Source: Malacoraja senta
Lineage: Eukaryota
Reading direction: 5' to 3'
Assembly: GCA_038087875.1 (NCBI GenBank)
Contig: CM075999.1
Coordinates: 4,466,001 to 4,530,000, forward strand
Length of the DNA: 64,000 nt
The position numbers were made by a program, and so were the translations under genes. Below the pieces are notes generated by a model. It saw nothing but the letters and a program-made list of their open reading frames with translations. It ran no database searches and was not told the DNA's origin. Positions 24,985-37,904 of this stretch are shown here, piece by piece (within the stretch, counting starts at the first letter, position 1; the number at the start of each line of letters is the position of its first letter).

Positions 24985-25990
24985 ATAGGTATGCCTTCAA
25001 CACCATAATCCCAAACAAACTAATCTCTAAACTCTTGAACCGAGTTATCAGCATCCACCTCTGCTACTGCATCCTCGACGTTCTGACCTATAGATCGTAA
25101 TCACATCAGTGAGGATAGGCAACAATACACCTTCTGTGCAGCCAAATTGTGATGAAACTCCATCTATAATTTTGCAGATAACACCACTATAGTGGGCTAG
25201 AACTCAAACATTGACAAGACGGAGTAAAGGAGGAAGACAGAGTGGTGTCAAGACAACAACCTCTCCCTCAACACCAGCAAGACAAAAGAGCTAATTATTA
25301 ACTTCAAGAAGCGAGATGGCATACATGCTCCAGTCAACATCAAAGGTGCTGAAGTGCAGATGGTCGCGAGCTTCAGGTTTCTGGGTATAAATATCACCAA
25401 TCAGCCCTGGACCACAGCTAGGAAAGTGCTCCAACACCTCTATTTCCCCAGGAGATTGAGGAAGTTTAGCTTGTCTCCAACTACTCTTGCCAACTTCTAC
25501 AGATGCACTGCAGATAGCTTCCTATTGGGATGTTTGGTGACAGCTCTGCCCAATACTGCAAGAAACCACAGAGTTGTGGACATAGCCCAGTCCATCACAT
25601 AGACCAACCTTCCCACCTTTGATTCCATTTACACTTCACGCCCACTCGGGAAAGCAGCCAACATAATCAAAGACCATTTTCACCCCGGTCATTCCCTCTC
25701 CTCCAGTAGGGCAAAAATAAAAAAGCTTGAAAGCATGTTCCACCAGATTCAGGAACAGCTTCTTCCCCTCTTACCAGATTAATGAATGGCCCTCCCATAA
25801 GCACAGATCTCCCAAACAACCTCATTCAGACCATGTACTTTTTCTCCACATCTGTAACACTACAATTCCATAACATTATCTACTGCACTTTGGTTATTTC
25901 ATTTGTTGCACTACCTGTACATGGATTGATGTACTCATGTATAGGATGATTCGACTGCATAGTATGTAAACAAACCTTCTCACTGTGTCT
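24985..25990 (+). mobile_element. Degenerate Rex1-like LINE
   Basis: AFNTI, FADNTT and FRFLG remnants. Confidence 0.7.
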
Positions 25991-26573
25991 TGGTGTCATC
26001 AAATAATTTCCATTTAGCAAAGGAAATCAATAATTTGGCCTTTCTACTATCTTCCAACAACTTACTGAGGAGCAACAACAGTATACGATGAGCAACATGT
26101 GATGCCAGCATTGTCTTAGGAGGTAAGCAGCTGAATAAAATCATGCAATGTAAAGAGAAGTTCCCACTCTGGATGGGATGAGGCGGGGGGGATGGAGGTA
26201 CATTTAGCAATTATCATTGTGTGTCCATCATGGAGTTCTGAAGTCAATGGTCAACCATAAAAGCATGTGGTGTTGAAGCAGCATGGTAGGGCTGAATGGC
26301 CTACTCCTGCTACTGGAAATCACAACTCAGTACTTGAGTCAAATAAGTCTGGACTTCTCCAATCTGATGGTCTTGCATCTTGCTTTCACAGATGGCAAAG
26401 CAACCTTCAATTGGTCTCTAATTCGAGCTGTGGATTTGGAAAGTACTGTTTAAAAACACCAAGGATTGACACACAAAAGTTGATTAACTGGATGGAGATT
26501 AGATATCACTGCTTTGTGTTAAGATTTAAAATTAACATTCTAGTTCTTGGACCAGAACAGAAGCCATGTTTAC

Positions 26574-26669
26574 CTCCTCCACCATGTCCAGTAAAGCTTT
26601 ATTGCTGCTCTCCCATCTGGTCCGATACATTGTGGTCTCCTTTTCCAGTTTTTTAATTTTTTTGGTCAT
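26574..26669 (-). CDS. TXLNA: Alpha-taxilin coding exon 8 (96 nt)
   Basis: aag|MTKKIKKLEKETTMYRTRWESSNKALLDMVEE|gtaaa. Confidence 0.97.
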
Positions 26670-27628
26670 CTTATTAAAAACAGGAAAAAAAACATATAAA
26701 TGAGAATTAACTCTTGAAATATTATAATGACAGAAAGTGATGCTACTCAAAGCAAGTTGCAACAAGTTGGTAAAGCTATCCAGGGTCTAGGTGAGACTAT
26801 ATCCAACGATGTGTGTGCAGTTTTAGTCTCTTCATCTGAGAAACAATATCGGTGACATGGAGGAGATGCAAAGGTATACCTGGCTGATTCCTAGGATGGT
26901 AGGACTGATGTATGCAGAGAGATTATAAAACATAGGATAAGAACATAAAACATGACAGCCCAGGAATGGGCCCTTCATCCCACAATGTATGTGCCAAACA
27001 TGACCAATGTCTAGAAGACCATTTCTGTAGTCTAAATGGACGAGTTTTATGCCTGTGCGAGGTTATTTTATCTTGGACTAAATGTTGTACCCTTTATCTG
27101 TACACTGTGGAGGCTTGATTGTAATCATTTATAGTCTTTTCTGGACTATAGCATGCAAACTGGATAGCATGCAAACAGAAGCCTTTCACTGTACCTTGGT
27201 GCACGTGGTAATAAAGTAAACTAACGGAGTGAGTGAAGGCGTGGTCGAGAGCGACAAACCAGGGAACTTCCTGATTCACACTCGCCTGAACAACCAGCGA
27301 TGCAAGCGTTACAATTGGTCGCTACAATGTAGGCTAGAACATTTCTAAAACAAAACCTCTAAATTTCCACTCAGAGAAAGATAGACACAAAAAGCTAGAG
27401 GAACTCAGCGGGACAGGCAGCAACTCTGGAGAGAAGGAAAGGGTGACGTTTCAGGTCAAGACCCTTCTTCATACATTCTGAAATACTAGAGATACTGATA
27501 AAATAAATTATAAAGCTAAGAAAAACTCTTGCAATCCAATTATCAGCTTAAAAGAAAGCTGTTTTATTGGCAAAAATTTGCAGGTAAGTTTGCAAGGTAT
27601 AACAAGCCAAATAGTTAATTACGATTTA

Positions 27629-27769
<141 letters not shown>

Positions 27770-27896
27770 TTAAAATACAAAACAAACATACATAAAAATT
27801 AATATGGATTTAAAATTGCATGTCTCATTTAGGAACAGAACAAGAATGGTTCATGATTTCCTTCACAGTGAATCTCCAAATCAAAATTCACGTAAA

Positions 27897-28201
27897 TTGT
27901 TTAGTTTAGAGATACAGTGCTGAAACAGGCACTTCGGCCCACCGAGTCCACACCGACCAGTGATCCCTGCACATTGACACTATCCACACTAGGGACACTT
28001 TACATTTATACCAGGTCAATTAACTTACAAACCTGCATGTTTTTGGAGTGTGGGAGGAAACTCTCGGAGAAAACCGATGCAGTCATTGGGAGAACGTACA
28101 AACTCCGCATAGACAACACCCGTGGTCAGGAGCTAACCTGGGTCTCTGGCGCTGAAAGCGCTGCAAGGCAGCAATTCTACTGCTGCACCACTCTGCTGCC
28201 C
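27897..28201 (-). mobile_element. tRNA-derived SINE (HE1/V-SINE-like)
   Basis: tRNA-like head GGGCAGCAGAGTGGTGCAGCAGTAGA with B-box-like segment, CR1-derived tail and (taaac)n. Further copies at ~29566(+), 50024-50311(-) and 62150-62376(-). Confidence 0.8.
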
Positions 28202-28822
28202 TATTGTGGGTTGCTAAGTATTTTTTCAAAAATTACATGGTTGCTTACAAAAAATAAACAGCGCCTAGTAACAGAAGAAAGAAAAATGGGATGCAAACAG
28301 TTCATGCATGATCCCACTGAATAAAGGGTGACTTACGCCCGCTCTGGTGTGCAGGATAATAAGGTGACCAAGGAGATGCAAATGGGATAGGAAGTGCCTT
28401 GAAAGGTCTTTAGGAGTCGTAAGCACTCATAGAGCTTCAAGGTCCACCTTGAAAGGTCTTTAGGAGTCGTAAGCCCTCATAGGACACCCAGGCTGTATTC
28501 AAGGAGATTTTGAGAGCATTTGAGCTTTTTCCCGTGATTGTGGCAATCTCTTACCATCACAAACATCACAAGAGTATTTGTTTCACAAATCGAGTGCTGG
28601 TCATGCAAACAGCGATCTGGCCAATGGAGGCAACTAAAGTGCATTAGGGTTCGGATATTGACCTGAAAAACCAAGTGATGTTGACTTGCTTCTCCAGTCA
28701 GTGAGTGAATGTGGAAGATTTTGGGGAGATAATTGTGGCAACTCTCTAGTGCTTTGAGATGCCTGTCGTAAGGAACCCAACTCATATAGGAGGGCAGAGA
28801 TGACGACTGACAAAGATCATAC

Positions 28823-28897
28823 CTGCTGCTTCAGATGAACCTCCTGTTGCTTCATCAATTCACACATTCTTTGGCTTTCCACTGTTTCCTTTAACAG
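28823..28897 (-). CDS. TXLNA: Alpha-taxilin coding exon 6 (75 nt)
   Basis: cag|LLKETVESQRMCELMKQQEVHLKQQ|gtatg. Confidence 0.97.
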
Positions 28898-28944
28898 CTG
28901 AAGTCCAGACAAGAGACAATATATTAGAACACATATAGCATTAT

Positions 28945-29490
28945 CTACTGTATCCATTGTTGAAGATGTGGTCTCTAATACATCGGCGAGACCAAACAGA
29001 CTAGGCGATTGTTTCGTTGAACAACTTTGCTCAGTCCGTCTGGACCTACCTGATCTCCCAGTTGCCATACACTTTGATTTCCCACACAGATCTTTCTGTC
29101 CTAGGCTTCCTACATCGTCAGATTGAAGCTAATCACAAACTGGAGGAACAGCATCTCATATTTTGCTTGGGCAGCTTACAACCCAGTGGTATGAATATGG
29201 ATATTTCCAACTTCAAGTAACCCCTGCGCTCCCTCTCTATCTCTCCCCCACCCAAGTTGCACAAGGTTCCCGTTCTCACCTAGCAAACATCGAACAATGG
29301 CCTGTTTCCTTTATAATCGTACTTTTTTGCATATCTTTCATTCATTTGTTCTATATCTCTCAACATCACTGTCTTTTCCCCTGACTAGTCTGAAGAAGGG
29401 TCTCAACCCAAAACGTCACCCATTCCTTCTCTCCAGAGATGCTGCCTGTCCCGCAGAGTTACTCCAGCATTTTGTATTTATCTTTGGTTA
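28945..29490 (+). mobile_element. Penelope-like 3' fragment with terminal repeat
   Basis: HKLEEQHLIFCLGSLQPSGMNMDISNFK plus hammerhead-type repeat. Confidence 0.85.
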
Positions 29491-30169
29491 GATTGGCATC
29501 ATGATTAGCAAAGAAATGGTGGAGCGAAGGGTCAGTTCTTAGCAATATTCTTAAAGGCATTGACAGGACGGCACGGTGACACAGCAGTAGAGTTACTGTA
29601 TTTACAGCGCCACAGACTCAAGGTCGATCCTGACTACGTACTGTCTGTAGAGTTTCTACGTTCTCCCTGTCACCCTGTCGTTTTTCCTCCACCCCCATCA
29701 GCACATTCCAAACACCCATCAACAAGTGAAAAAAAAAACATCACCCGCACATTATCTTAACCCCTTTTACTTCTGCCCTCCTGTATTTGACATTTCTATC
29801 TTGCGGACAGCATCATAATTGGGAAGTTGCAGACAGTGAAAAAATCTGTCAAAGTGTACAGCGGGATATACATCAACAACAGGCAAGGGTGGAGTAACTC
29901 AGCTTGTCAGGCAGCATCTCTGGAGAAAACCTCGGGAGAGTCTGAAGAATGGCCTCGACCCAAAACGTCGCTTATGCATGTCCTGCAGTAATGCTGCCTA
30001 ACCTTCTCCTGCGCTTTTATTACTCCAGTACTTTTGTTACTCCAGTACTTTGCGTTCTTGGACGAACTTGGACTGTTTACTTTGGAGCACCTGATACAAG
30101 TATATAAATTCATGAAGTATTGATAGGGCAGAACCTTTTCCTATAGCTAAAATAAAACAATTCCTACAC

Positions 30170-30817
30170 TTTGATGCCCTCGAAAAGATCATCCACACAT
30201 TTATCTCCTCCCGCCTAGATTACTGCAACTCCCTTTACACTGGCATCAGCCAATCATCCCTGTCCCGCCTGCAATTGGTCCAAAACGCAGGCGGGACAAG
30301 GACGAATGGCTGCGAGACTCCTGACGGGCACCCGAAAAAGGGACCACATCACCCCGATCCTGGCCTCTCTCCACTGGCTCCCTGTGCGGTTCCGTATACA
30401 TTTCAAGATCCTCCTCTATGTCTACAAAGCCCTCAATGGGCTTGCCCCCACCTACATAAAAAGTCTTCTCACCCACCACTCCACCTCCAGGTCCCTCAGA
30501 TCGGCCGACTTGGGGTTGCTGAATATCCCGCGGTCTAGGCATAAGCTCAGGGGCGACCGCGCCTTTGCGGTTGCAGCTCCTAGACTGTGGAACAGCATCC
30601 CCCTTCCCATCAGAACTGCCCCCTCCATCGACTCCTTTAAGTCAAGACTAAAAACTTATCTATACTCACAAGCCTTTCTTGACGTCCTCTGAGCGAGGGC
30701 TATATGTATATATGTATGTAGTTTGTTTGTTTATATTATTCTTATAACAAATGTAAAGCACTTTGGCCAACGAGAGTTGTTTTTTAAATGTGCTATATAA
30801 ATAAATGTGACTTGACT
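30170..30817 (+). mobile_element. L2-clade LINE 3' fragment
   Basis: AARLLTGTRKRDHITPILASLHWLPV...GDRAFAVAAPRLWNS; (gactt)n tail. Confidence 0.9.
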
Positions 30818-30930
30818 TTCCCCAGGTGCACATTTTGAAGATTAGCTTTAAACTGAGAGGGACAAAGTTTAAAGGAGATGTGCAGGGACAAGTTTTGTTT
30901 TCACACTGGGTGGTGGCTGCCTGAGGTGAT

Positions 30931-31064
30931 CTTCTTCTTCCGTACGGTGTGCAGAGCCTAAAGTTGTAAGACAACTTGTTCTGTTTGATCTTGGTTGTGC
31001 ACGCCAGGTTGATTGCATTCGTCAAAACAGGGTGGACCACATGATGGTTGCAATCTCCCACCCC
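30931..31064 (-). mobile_element. Ribozyme-headed SINE-like element with (GAA)n tail, copy 2
   Basis: Same sequence family and same 5' end as copy 1. TSD ctgaggtgat / ctgaggtggt (30921-30930 / 31067-31076). Confidence 0.85.
31011..31064 (-). ncRNA. Minimal HDV/CPEB3-like ribozyme motif (copy 2, L3 mutated)
   Basis: GGGGUGG-GA-GAUUGCA-ACC-AUCAUGU-GGU-CCACCCU-G-UUUUGA-CGAA-UGCAAUC. Fully paired 7-bp P1 and P2. Confidence 0.8.
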
Positions 31065-31342
31065 AGCTGAGGTGGTGATGGAAGCAGATACAATAGTGGT
31101 GTTTAATAGGCTTTTGGGTAGACTCATGGATATGCGAGGAATGCAGGAATTAGTTTAACTTGACATCATGTTCACCAAGTAGGGCCTGTTCTGTGCTGTA
31201 CTGTTTTATCTTGGCTCCTTACCTTACCATTATCCTTGCTTCTGCCTGAACTCTGATCAGCTGGCCTTGAAGTGACGGCCACATATCAGTTGCACCTGAT
31301 ATTGCACCAGGTTCCCACTCTCACTAGCAAATAGCTAACAAT

Positions 31343-32157
31343 AGGGGGGTTGCACGCAAGGTCACTGGGTCATAGGGCTTGACGCTCGGAGCCGCTCAAT
31401 CCATCTGGAGGACATCCGTAACTTCCGGTATATGTTATTAATGCAAGAAACGCGTACTTTTCTACCTGTTAAAAACCGCCAAAATGTTGAATTTTTACGC
31501 TGTAAAAAATTGTGGAAGTCCGGGTAAGTGTGAGAGACATGTACCCAACATTGGCCGTGCAGATATCGGAATTGAAAATATTGGGAATTATCGCGTTTGC
31601 TCACTGCATTTCATCAACAGTAAGGCATTATTTGTTTTTGTTCTTGATTCCTTTGGTATCTAAAAAGTCTCAGAAGTGATAAATCTGGTTGTAAATTTTG
31701 CTTCAGAGGCGTTTTCTTTTTGTATGTAAAAACCCACTTGAGAACCATGGGCGATTTTAAAATTTTACAGCCAGATTTATCACTTCTGAATTTTTTTAGA
31801 TGCCAAAGGAATCAAGAAAAAACACAAATAATGCCTTAGTTGATGAAATGCAGTGAGCAAACGGCCAATGTTCGACAAGCACTTTGGCTGTTGTTGTCCC
31901 TTCAGCTCTCGCTTCTATCTACCGTCATTTCTCCTCACTTTTGGAATTCTGAAGTAGGCCAAAATCTCTCACGCGTATCCCGATTTCCATAATTATTTAC
32001 AGCGCAAAAATGGACAATTTCGGCAGGTTTTAACGGACCCGCTACGCTGGAAACAATGGTAAGTGCTTACCTGCAGTTCATCGCGTGTACTCCAGTTGGT
32101 GTAGTGTAGCAACAGTACGGGTCATGGGTCGTGACCCGACTGCCGTGAAACCTCCCT
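31343..32157. mobile_element. Fold-back non-autonomous DNA element (MITE) inserted in a Penelope repeat
   Basis: Imperfect TIRs AGGGGGGTTGCACG / CGTGAAACCTCCCT. Internal ~105-bp IR at 31594-31700 / 31760-31863. Possible AT duplication. Confidence 0.75.
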
Positions 32158-34483
32158 ATAGCCTGTTTCTTTTATCATTGTTACTTTTTTTTGGCATATC
32201 TTTGATTCATTTGTTCTATATCTCTCTACACCACTGTCAATATCTCTCCTATCCCTTTCCCCTGACTAGTCTGAAGAAGGATCTCGACCCGAAACGTCAC
32301 CCATTCCTTCTCTCAGAGATGCTGTCTATCCCGCAGAGTTACTCCAGCATTTTGTGTCTATCTTCGGTTTAAACCAGCATCTGCAGTTCCTTCAGACAGT
32401 TTTCCAGTACAATGTACAATATGGTCCCTCAACAAGTTGGATCATCCACTTACGATTCCAGGAAACCCTCTTGAAGATCAAAAGGGATGAGAGGTGGGAA
32501 GGTGAAGGGATGGGGACTGAGGAAAGTGAAGGGGAGAAAGGTGTGGAGGGATATTGGAATGTAAGAGCAGTTGGAGCAACCAAATGGAAGGAGAACAGTT
32601 GCCTGTTGCTGTTCCGTATGACAGGTTATGGCAGCTATATGATGCAGTGAATCAGCTGTTGCACACTTGATTTCTGTCATCATCAGCCTGTGATACCGGC
32701 TCAGCTTGTTTATTGTTTTTTCCCCCATCTCCTTATTTTTCTTTTTCTTCTCTCTTGGAGTGAAGGACCCGTAGAGCACATTGTCCTTTCTGTATTTCAT
32801 AGATAGGACATTACAGCGCAGGAACAGGCTATTTGGCCCACAATGTCTGTGCCTAACATGATCCAAGTCCATGATCTTCACTGCCTGCATATAATCTTTA
32901 TCCTCCTATTCCTGCATATCCATGCGCCCATTCAAATGATTCTAGAACGGCATTATTGTATCTTCCTCCGCCACCACCTCTGGCAGTGTGTTCCAGGCAC
33001 TCTTGTCCTGAACATCTCGTTTAAACTTTCTCCCTCTCAGCTTAAAGCTAAGCCCTCTTGCATTTGATATTTCCAGGCTGGGAAAAAGATTCTGACCGCC
33101 TACCTTATATCTATGCCTCTCATAATTTTATATTCTATCAGATCTCTCCCCAACCTCTGGCATTCCAGAGAAAAGATCCAAGTCTGTCCAACCTTGCCCA
33201 GTAGCTCATACCACCTAATCCAGGCATTGTTCTTGTTAACCTCTTCTGCAAAATTTTCCAAAAGCCTCCACATCCTTCCTGTAAGAGGCGACCAGAACTG
33301 CACGCAATACTCCAAATGCAGTCTGACCAAAGTCATAAAAAGCTGCAGCATGGCTTCCTGACTCTTATACTCAATGCCCTGACCGATGAAATCGAGCATA
33401 CTATATGACTTTGTTATCACTCCATCTGCTGGTATTGCCACTTTCAGGCAGTTTCATAAATCCTACACTCTTTTATCCATGTTCTCTCTACAACTACTCA
33501 CATAAACTCAATGGCCAAATGATCTTGTTTACAGCCTATCCCCATCTCACCATGTTACACTAATCAAGACATCTCCTTCCCTCGGGCTTCTAGCGTCTCC
33601 TTCTCAGTTCTGACAAAAGATTAACTGTTTCTCTACTCAGACGTGGTCTAACCTGCAGAGTATTTCCAGCATTTTGTCTTTTTATTTTACTCAATTGCAA
33701 ACTCCAAATTTTTCTGATGTTATACATTTGTAAATACAGCATAAGCACTCTTCATTCCAATGGCAGCTTTGATAGAACCAAGCAATCACAAAAGGCAGAA
33801 CACATTGGAAGGAGTACAGGATCCCCATCAATACTGGACTAAGCAAAAACTAAGAAGGAAGGTGTCAGTCATTCAACACGAAAACAGGCCATGCAGCTCA
33901 TCTTGTCCATGTCAACCAAAATGCCATCTATGCACATCCCATTTGCCTGTGTTTGATCATATACCTGTAAACTTTTCCAATCCATGTACCTCCCGAAATG
34001 TCTTTTAAATGTAGTGTAGCTGCCTCAACTACATTCTCCGGCAACTCGTTCCGTATACCCATTGCTTTCTGTGTAAAAAACCTGCCCCTCAATTACCTAT
34101 TATTATATTTCCCCACTTTAAACCTGTGCCCTCTGGATCTTGATTCCCCCACCTTGAGAAACGACTGAGCAAGTAGAAAGCTGTAACAAATGTAAAACAA
34201 TAATCAAGAGAATTTAATCTCTGGAAGTTTGCTTCCCACTGGGCAGTGGAAGCAGAGTCTGAATAATTTTAAGGCAGGTCAATAGTTTCTCAATAAGCAA
34301 GGAGTGGAAGGCAAAAGGAAGGACTGGAGAGGGCGCAGAGATTCACGAGGATATTGACTTGGATGGAGTATTTCCGTTACACAGTGTGACTAGTTAGGGT
34401 GGGTTTGTTTTCCCCTGGAACGGAGAAACAGAGGGGGATCTGATGGAGATGTGCAAAACTATAAAGACCATAGATTGGTGTAG

Positions 34484-34500
34484 AGATAGACAGAGAGAGA

Positions 34501-34564
<64 letters not shown>

Positions 34565-35286
34565 CACAGAGAGAGACAGAGAGGGAGAGACAGAGAGAGA
34601 GAGACAGAGAGACAGAGAGAGAGACAGAGAGAGGGGGAGAGACAGAGAGAGGGGAGAGACAGAGAGAGGGGGGGAGACAGAGAGAGGGGGGAGACAGAGA
34701 GAGGGGGGAGACAGAGAGAGGGGGAGAGAGAGAGAGGGGGAGAGAGGATGAGAGAGGGGGAGAGACGATGAGAGGGGGAGAGACGATGAGAGGGGGAGAG
34801 ACAGAGAGAGGGGGAGAGACAGAGAGAGGGGGAGAGACAGAGAGAGGGGGAGAGACAGAGAGAGGGGGAGAGACAGAGAGAGGGGGAGAGACAGAGAGAG
34901 GGGAGAGACAGAGAGAGGGAGAGACAGAGAGAGGGGGAGAGACAGAGAGAGGGAGAGACAGAGAGAGGGGGAGACAGAGAGAGGGGGAGACAGAGAGGGG
35001 GAGACAGAGAGAGGGGGAGACAGAGAGAGGGGGGGAGAGAGAGGGGAAGAGTGAGAGGGGGAGACAGAGAGAGGGGGAGACAGAGAGAGGGGGAGACAGA
35101 GAGAGGGGGAGACAGAGAGAGGGGGAGACAAGAGAGAGGGAGAGACAGAAAGAGGGGGAGAGACAGAAATAGGGGGAGAGAGGGGAGACAGAGAGAGGGG
35201 GAGAGAGAGGGAGAGAGAGAGACAGAGAGAGAGAGACAGAGACAGAGAGAGAGACAGAGAGAGAAAGAGAGGCAGAGAGAGAGACA

Positions 35287-35330
<44 letters not shown>

Positions 35331-35920
35331 GACAGAGAGAGACAGAGAGAGACAGAGAGAGAGAGAGACACAAAGAGAGAGAGAGAGAGAGAGACAGAGA
35401 GAGAGAGAGACAGACAGAGAGAGAGACGGACAGAAAGAGAGACGGACAGAGAGAGAGACGGACACAGAGAGAGGGAGACGGACAGAGAGAGAGGGAGACG
35501 GACAGAGAGAGAGGGAGAGACGGACAGAGAGAGAGGGAGAGAGGGAGAGACGGAGAGAGAGAGAGACGGACAGAGAGAGAGAGAGACGGACAGAGAGAGA
35601 GAGAGAGAGACACGGACAGAGAGAGAGAGACACGGACAGAGAGAGAGAGACACGGACAGAGAGAGAGAGAGAGAGACACGGACAGAGAGAGAGAGAGAGA
35701 CACGGACAGAGAGAGAGAGAGACACGGCAGAGAGAGAGAGAGAGACACGGACAAAGGGAGAGAGACGGACAGGGAGAGAGACGGACAGAGAGAGAGAGAC
35801 GGACAGAGAGAGAGAGACGGACAGAGAGAGAGACGGACAGAGAGAGAGACGGACACAGAGAGAGACGGACAGAGAGAGAGAGACGGACAGAGAGAGAGAG
35901 AGACGGACAGAGAGAGAGAC
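34484..35920. repeat. Compound (GA)n/GACA/GACG microsatellite
   Basis: Purine-rich low-complexity run of ~1.4 kb. Confidence 0.98.
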
Positions 35921-36901
35921 GCACTAAATTTTTGGAATCACCTTAAATCTAGCCCTCCAGATACCCTCCAGTTTAAAGCCCTTAAAACACAAGAGGGGAG
36001 CCCAGAAAAGAGTTCCCTGTATCAGTTGGTACTGAGACCAACTACCCCTATTCAGTTAAACCCTATCCAGTTAAATCCTGACCAGCCTCAGATCAATACT
36101 GATCCCCAATCACCAGTTAGAGTGAACCAAATTATCAAACCATGTAAAGAAACATATTTGGAACATTGGGATAAAGAAACCAAAAGCCAAAGCAGATTAG
36201 AATGTTACTGTGCCCTAAAAAGAGATTATAAATTGGCAGACTGTCTCTCAACTGTTAGAGACATAGAGACAGACCCTCACCAAATACGGGCTAAGTGACC
36301 ACTATTTGGCAGTTGAAAAAGGAAGACAGAAGAGATTCTGGCAACCAAGAGAAAACAGAATATGCGGCCACTGTTTGACAGATGAGGTTGAAACAGAGGT
36401 GCACTTCCTCCTAAAATGCAAAAAATTTGACAAAACAAGGAAAACATACTTTGACAAACTCAGTCTGGCAACCCCTGATTTTAAAAAACTAGATGATACA
36501 TCAATAATAATTAAGAATAATCCTTGGTGAAGGAAATACGGCACATCTTGGTGCACAATACGTAACAGCATGCCATAACCTGAGAGACGGTGAATGACCA
36601 ATATGCACATATGTACGCACACACTAATTGACATTAACTGACACTAAGAAATTAATATTGAATTGCTAAACTTGCTATTTTGTTGTACTGCTTACAGCTG
36701 CAAGAACGTGTAGCAATCAATAAAGGGCTATAGGCCTCTTGCGAGTTTATGTACAGGGACATATCTATCCATGCACTGTATACTTGTATTTATACTTATG
36801 CAATTTAAATATGTATGTCATGTTTTATACTTTGGCAATATAACAATGTATTTTTTATCATGCCAATAAAGTTTTTTAATTGAAATTTAAATTGAAAAAT
36901 T
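35921..36901 (+). mobile_element. LINE 3' fragment (RTE-X-like) embedded in GA microsatellite
   Basis: C-terminal Cys/His motif RICGHC..DEVETEVHFLLKC, then AATAAA and (aattga)n tail leading straight into GA repeats. Clade assignment from memory. Confidence 0.65.
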
Positions 36902-37342
36902 GAGAAAGACAGACAGAGAGAGAGAGAGAGAGAGAGTGAGACAGAGAGCGAGAGAGACAGCGAGAGAGACAGCGAGAGAGAGAGAGACAGCGAGAGAGAG
37001 AGAGACAGCAAGAGAGAGAGAGAGACAGCGAGAGAGACAGCGAGAGAGAGAGAGACAGTGAGAGACAGCGAGAGAGAGACAGCGAGACAGTGAGAGAGAG
37101 ACAGCGAGAGAGAGAGAGACAGCGAGACAGTGAGAGAGAGAGACAGTGAGAGAGAGAGAGACAGCGAGAGAGAGAGAGGTGGAGAGAGGGAGAGAGAGAG
37201 AGGGAGAGAGAGAGAGAGAGGGAGAGAGAGAGGGAGAGAGAGAGAGAGGGAGAGAGAGAGGGAGAGAGAGAGAGGGAGAGAGAGAGAGGGAGACAGAGAG
37301 AGGGAGACAGAGAGAGGGAGACAGAGAGAGGGAGACAGAGAG
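36902..37342. repeat. (GA)n compound microsatellite
   Basis: Low-complexity run. Confidence 0.98.
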
Positions 37343-37495
37343 ACCTGCTCACCCCTCCAAATAGCTCCTATTTTTGTCTGTTTACACTGGGCAAATTGCC
37401 TTGAAACATTTATATCCTCTTAAGGTATCATTGTAAAAGTATATTGTCACATCAGCATGTTGAATAACACTGGTGAGAGAGAGGTTTAGAGATTA

Positions 37496-37645
<150 letters not shown>

Positions 37646-37904
37646 TCAAAATTGTTACCATTAAGATGGGGAATGAATGAATCCTCTTTAAACCACTGTT
37701 CTGCCCCACAACAGATGGAGGATGTCCAGGTGATCTGTTTTTGGGCAAGGTCTCACATCCTGCAGCCTACTGGGCTCAGACTGAACTTTCCAAAGGGAAG
37801 TTTTGTGTGTCATACTTCCAATATAAATCTCTGTACCCAATCCCCACCCTCTCACATTGGCGTCCCTTGTAAGTAAGCTTTGGTTTCTTTTCACTCAGAA
37901 TGAA

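Noticed and set aside
27897..28201. tRNA-like A/B boxes as tRNA genes
   Set aside because: They are SINE heads joined to LINE-derived tails and lack a full cloverleaf.
34377..36298. Long ORFs (415-515 aa) rich in SL or RE
   Set aside because: Stop-free translations of the GA microsatellite, not genes.
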